Shown piece after piece: positions 63,460 through 64,000 of a DNA stretch of 64,000 bases. The translations under genes were made by a program, and so were the position numbers. Each line of letters opens with the position of its first letter. Positions within the stretch are counted from its first letter, which is position 1. The notes below the pieces were generated by a model. It made no database searches. It was not told where the DNA came from and saw nothing but the letters and a program-made list of their open reading frames with translations. This DNA is from Octopus sinensis (lineage: Eukaryota), in assembly GCF_006345805.1 (NCBI RefSeq), contig NC_042998.1, forward strand, positions 87,048,001 to 87,112,000, in the 5' to 3' direction.

Positions 63460-64000
63460 ATATTTTTGTTAAATGTCTCCTTGAAATGTTAAAATTCGTG
63501 TACAAGCTCCATATATTAGGATGATGAGCAAACACTAATGTTGTGATTCTCAATCCCATATCTTAACAAATACAGCACACCATTGCTCAAATTATCCTGA
63601 CAATGATGAAGCCCCTTCACACAGTTTCCTGGCTAATCCTTATAACTCTGTGTGATGGAAATGTCCTCTTGTTTTGCAATACGTGGGTAATATTATTCCA
63701 GTCATCTACTTCTGATTGCTGTACAAACTACAACAGATCCAGGTGACTCCCACCAAGCTGTTAGTTAAATAATTAAGACCATTGGTGAGAGGCAGACTTC
63801 ACAAGCCATCGAAAAGGCAATTCGTATAAGTGACCAGTAACAATGAACAAAATTCAGCTCATGAGAAACGAGGATTTCACAAGTCACACTGAATGCAACC
63901 TGTCTAGGCAAACAGCAACTCTAATAAACATCTGCACGATAATAAGCTGTAAGCTGCATGCAATATCAATAGTTGCAGCACGGTTCTAGCATGATGGGAG
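63460..64000 (-). mobile_element. Possible decayed hAT-type transposase remnant
   Basis: Only weak by-eye resemblance to hAT core motifs; no intact ORF. Confidence 0.2.

Overview
AT-rich, microsatellite-saturated animal genomic DNA. It is very probably an octopus (coleoid cephalopod), inferred from the SINE/RTE repeat families and repeat texture. The only recognisable host coding sequence is the first S1-proximal coding exon of a KCNQ1-type K+ channel (18040-18326, +). I found no second exon by eye, so the remaining ~45 kb is probably intron. The rest is transposon debris: RTE, CR1-group, R4/Dong, Tx1, Penelope-like, Gypsy, mariner and several SINEs. The standout structure is at 38.5-47.4 kb (- strand): a head-to-tail array of one full-length Tx1-clade LINE and two divergent ORF1-only ('half-LINE') elements. 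They share a ~47-nt 3' terminus, and every junction carries the same motif, AAC(A/G)TG(G/T)(A/C)GGAAA. The array sits inside what looks like a non-autonomous Helitron/Helentron-type element. Other notable items are two microsatellite-embedded LINEs, a twin-priming-type inversion in an RTE, degenerate and variant hammerhead ribozyme motifs in Penelope-like termini, and several long fold-back palindromes. All alignments were made by eye and most repeat boundaries are approximate.
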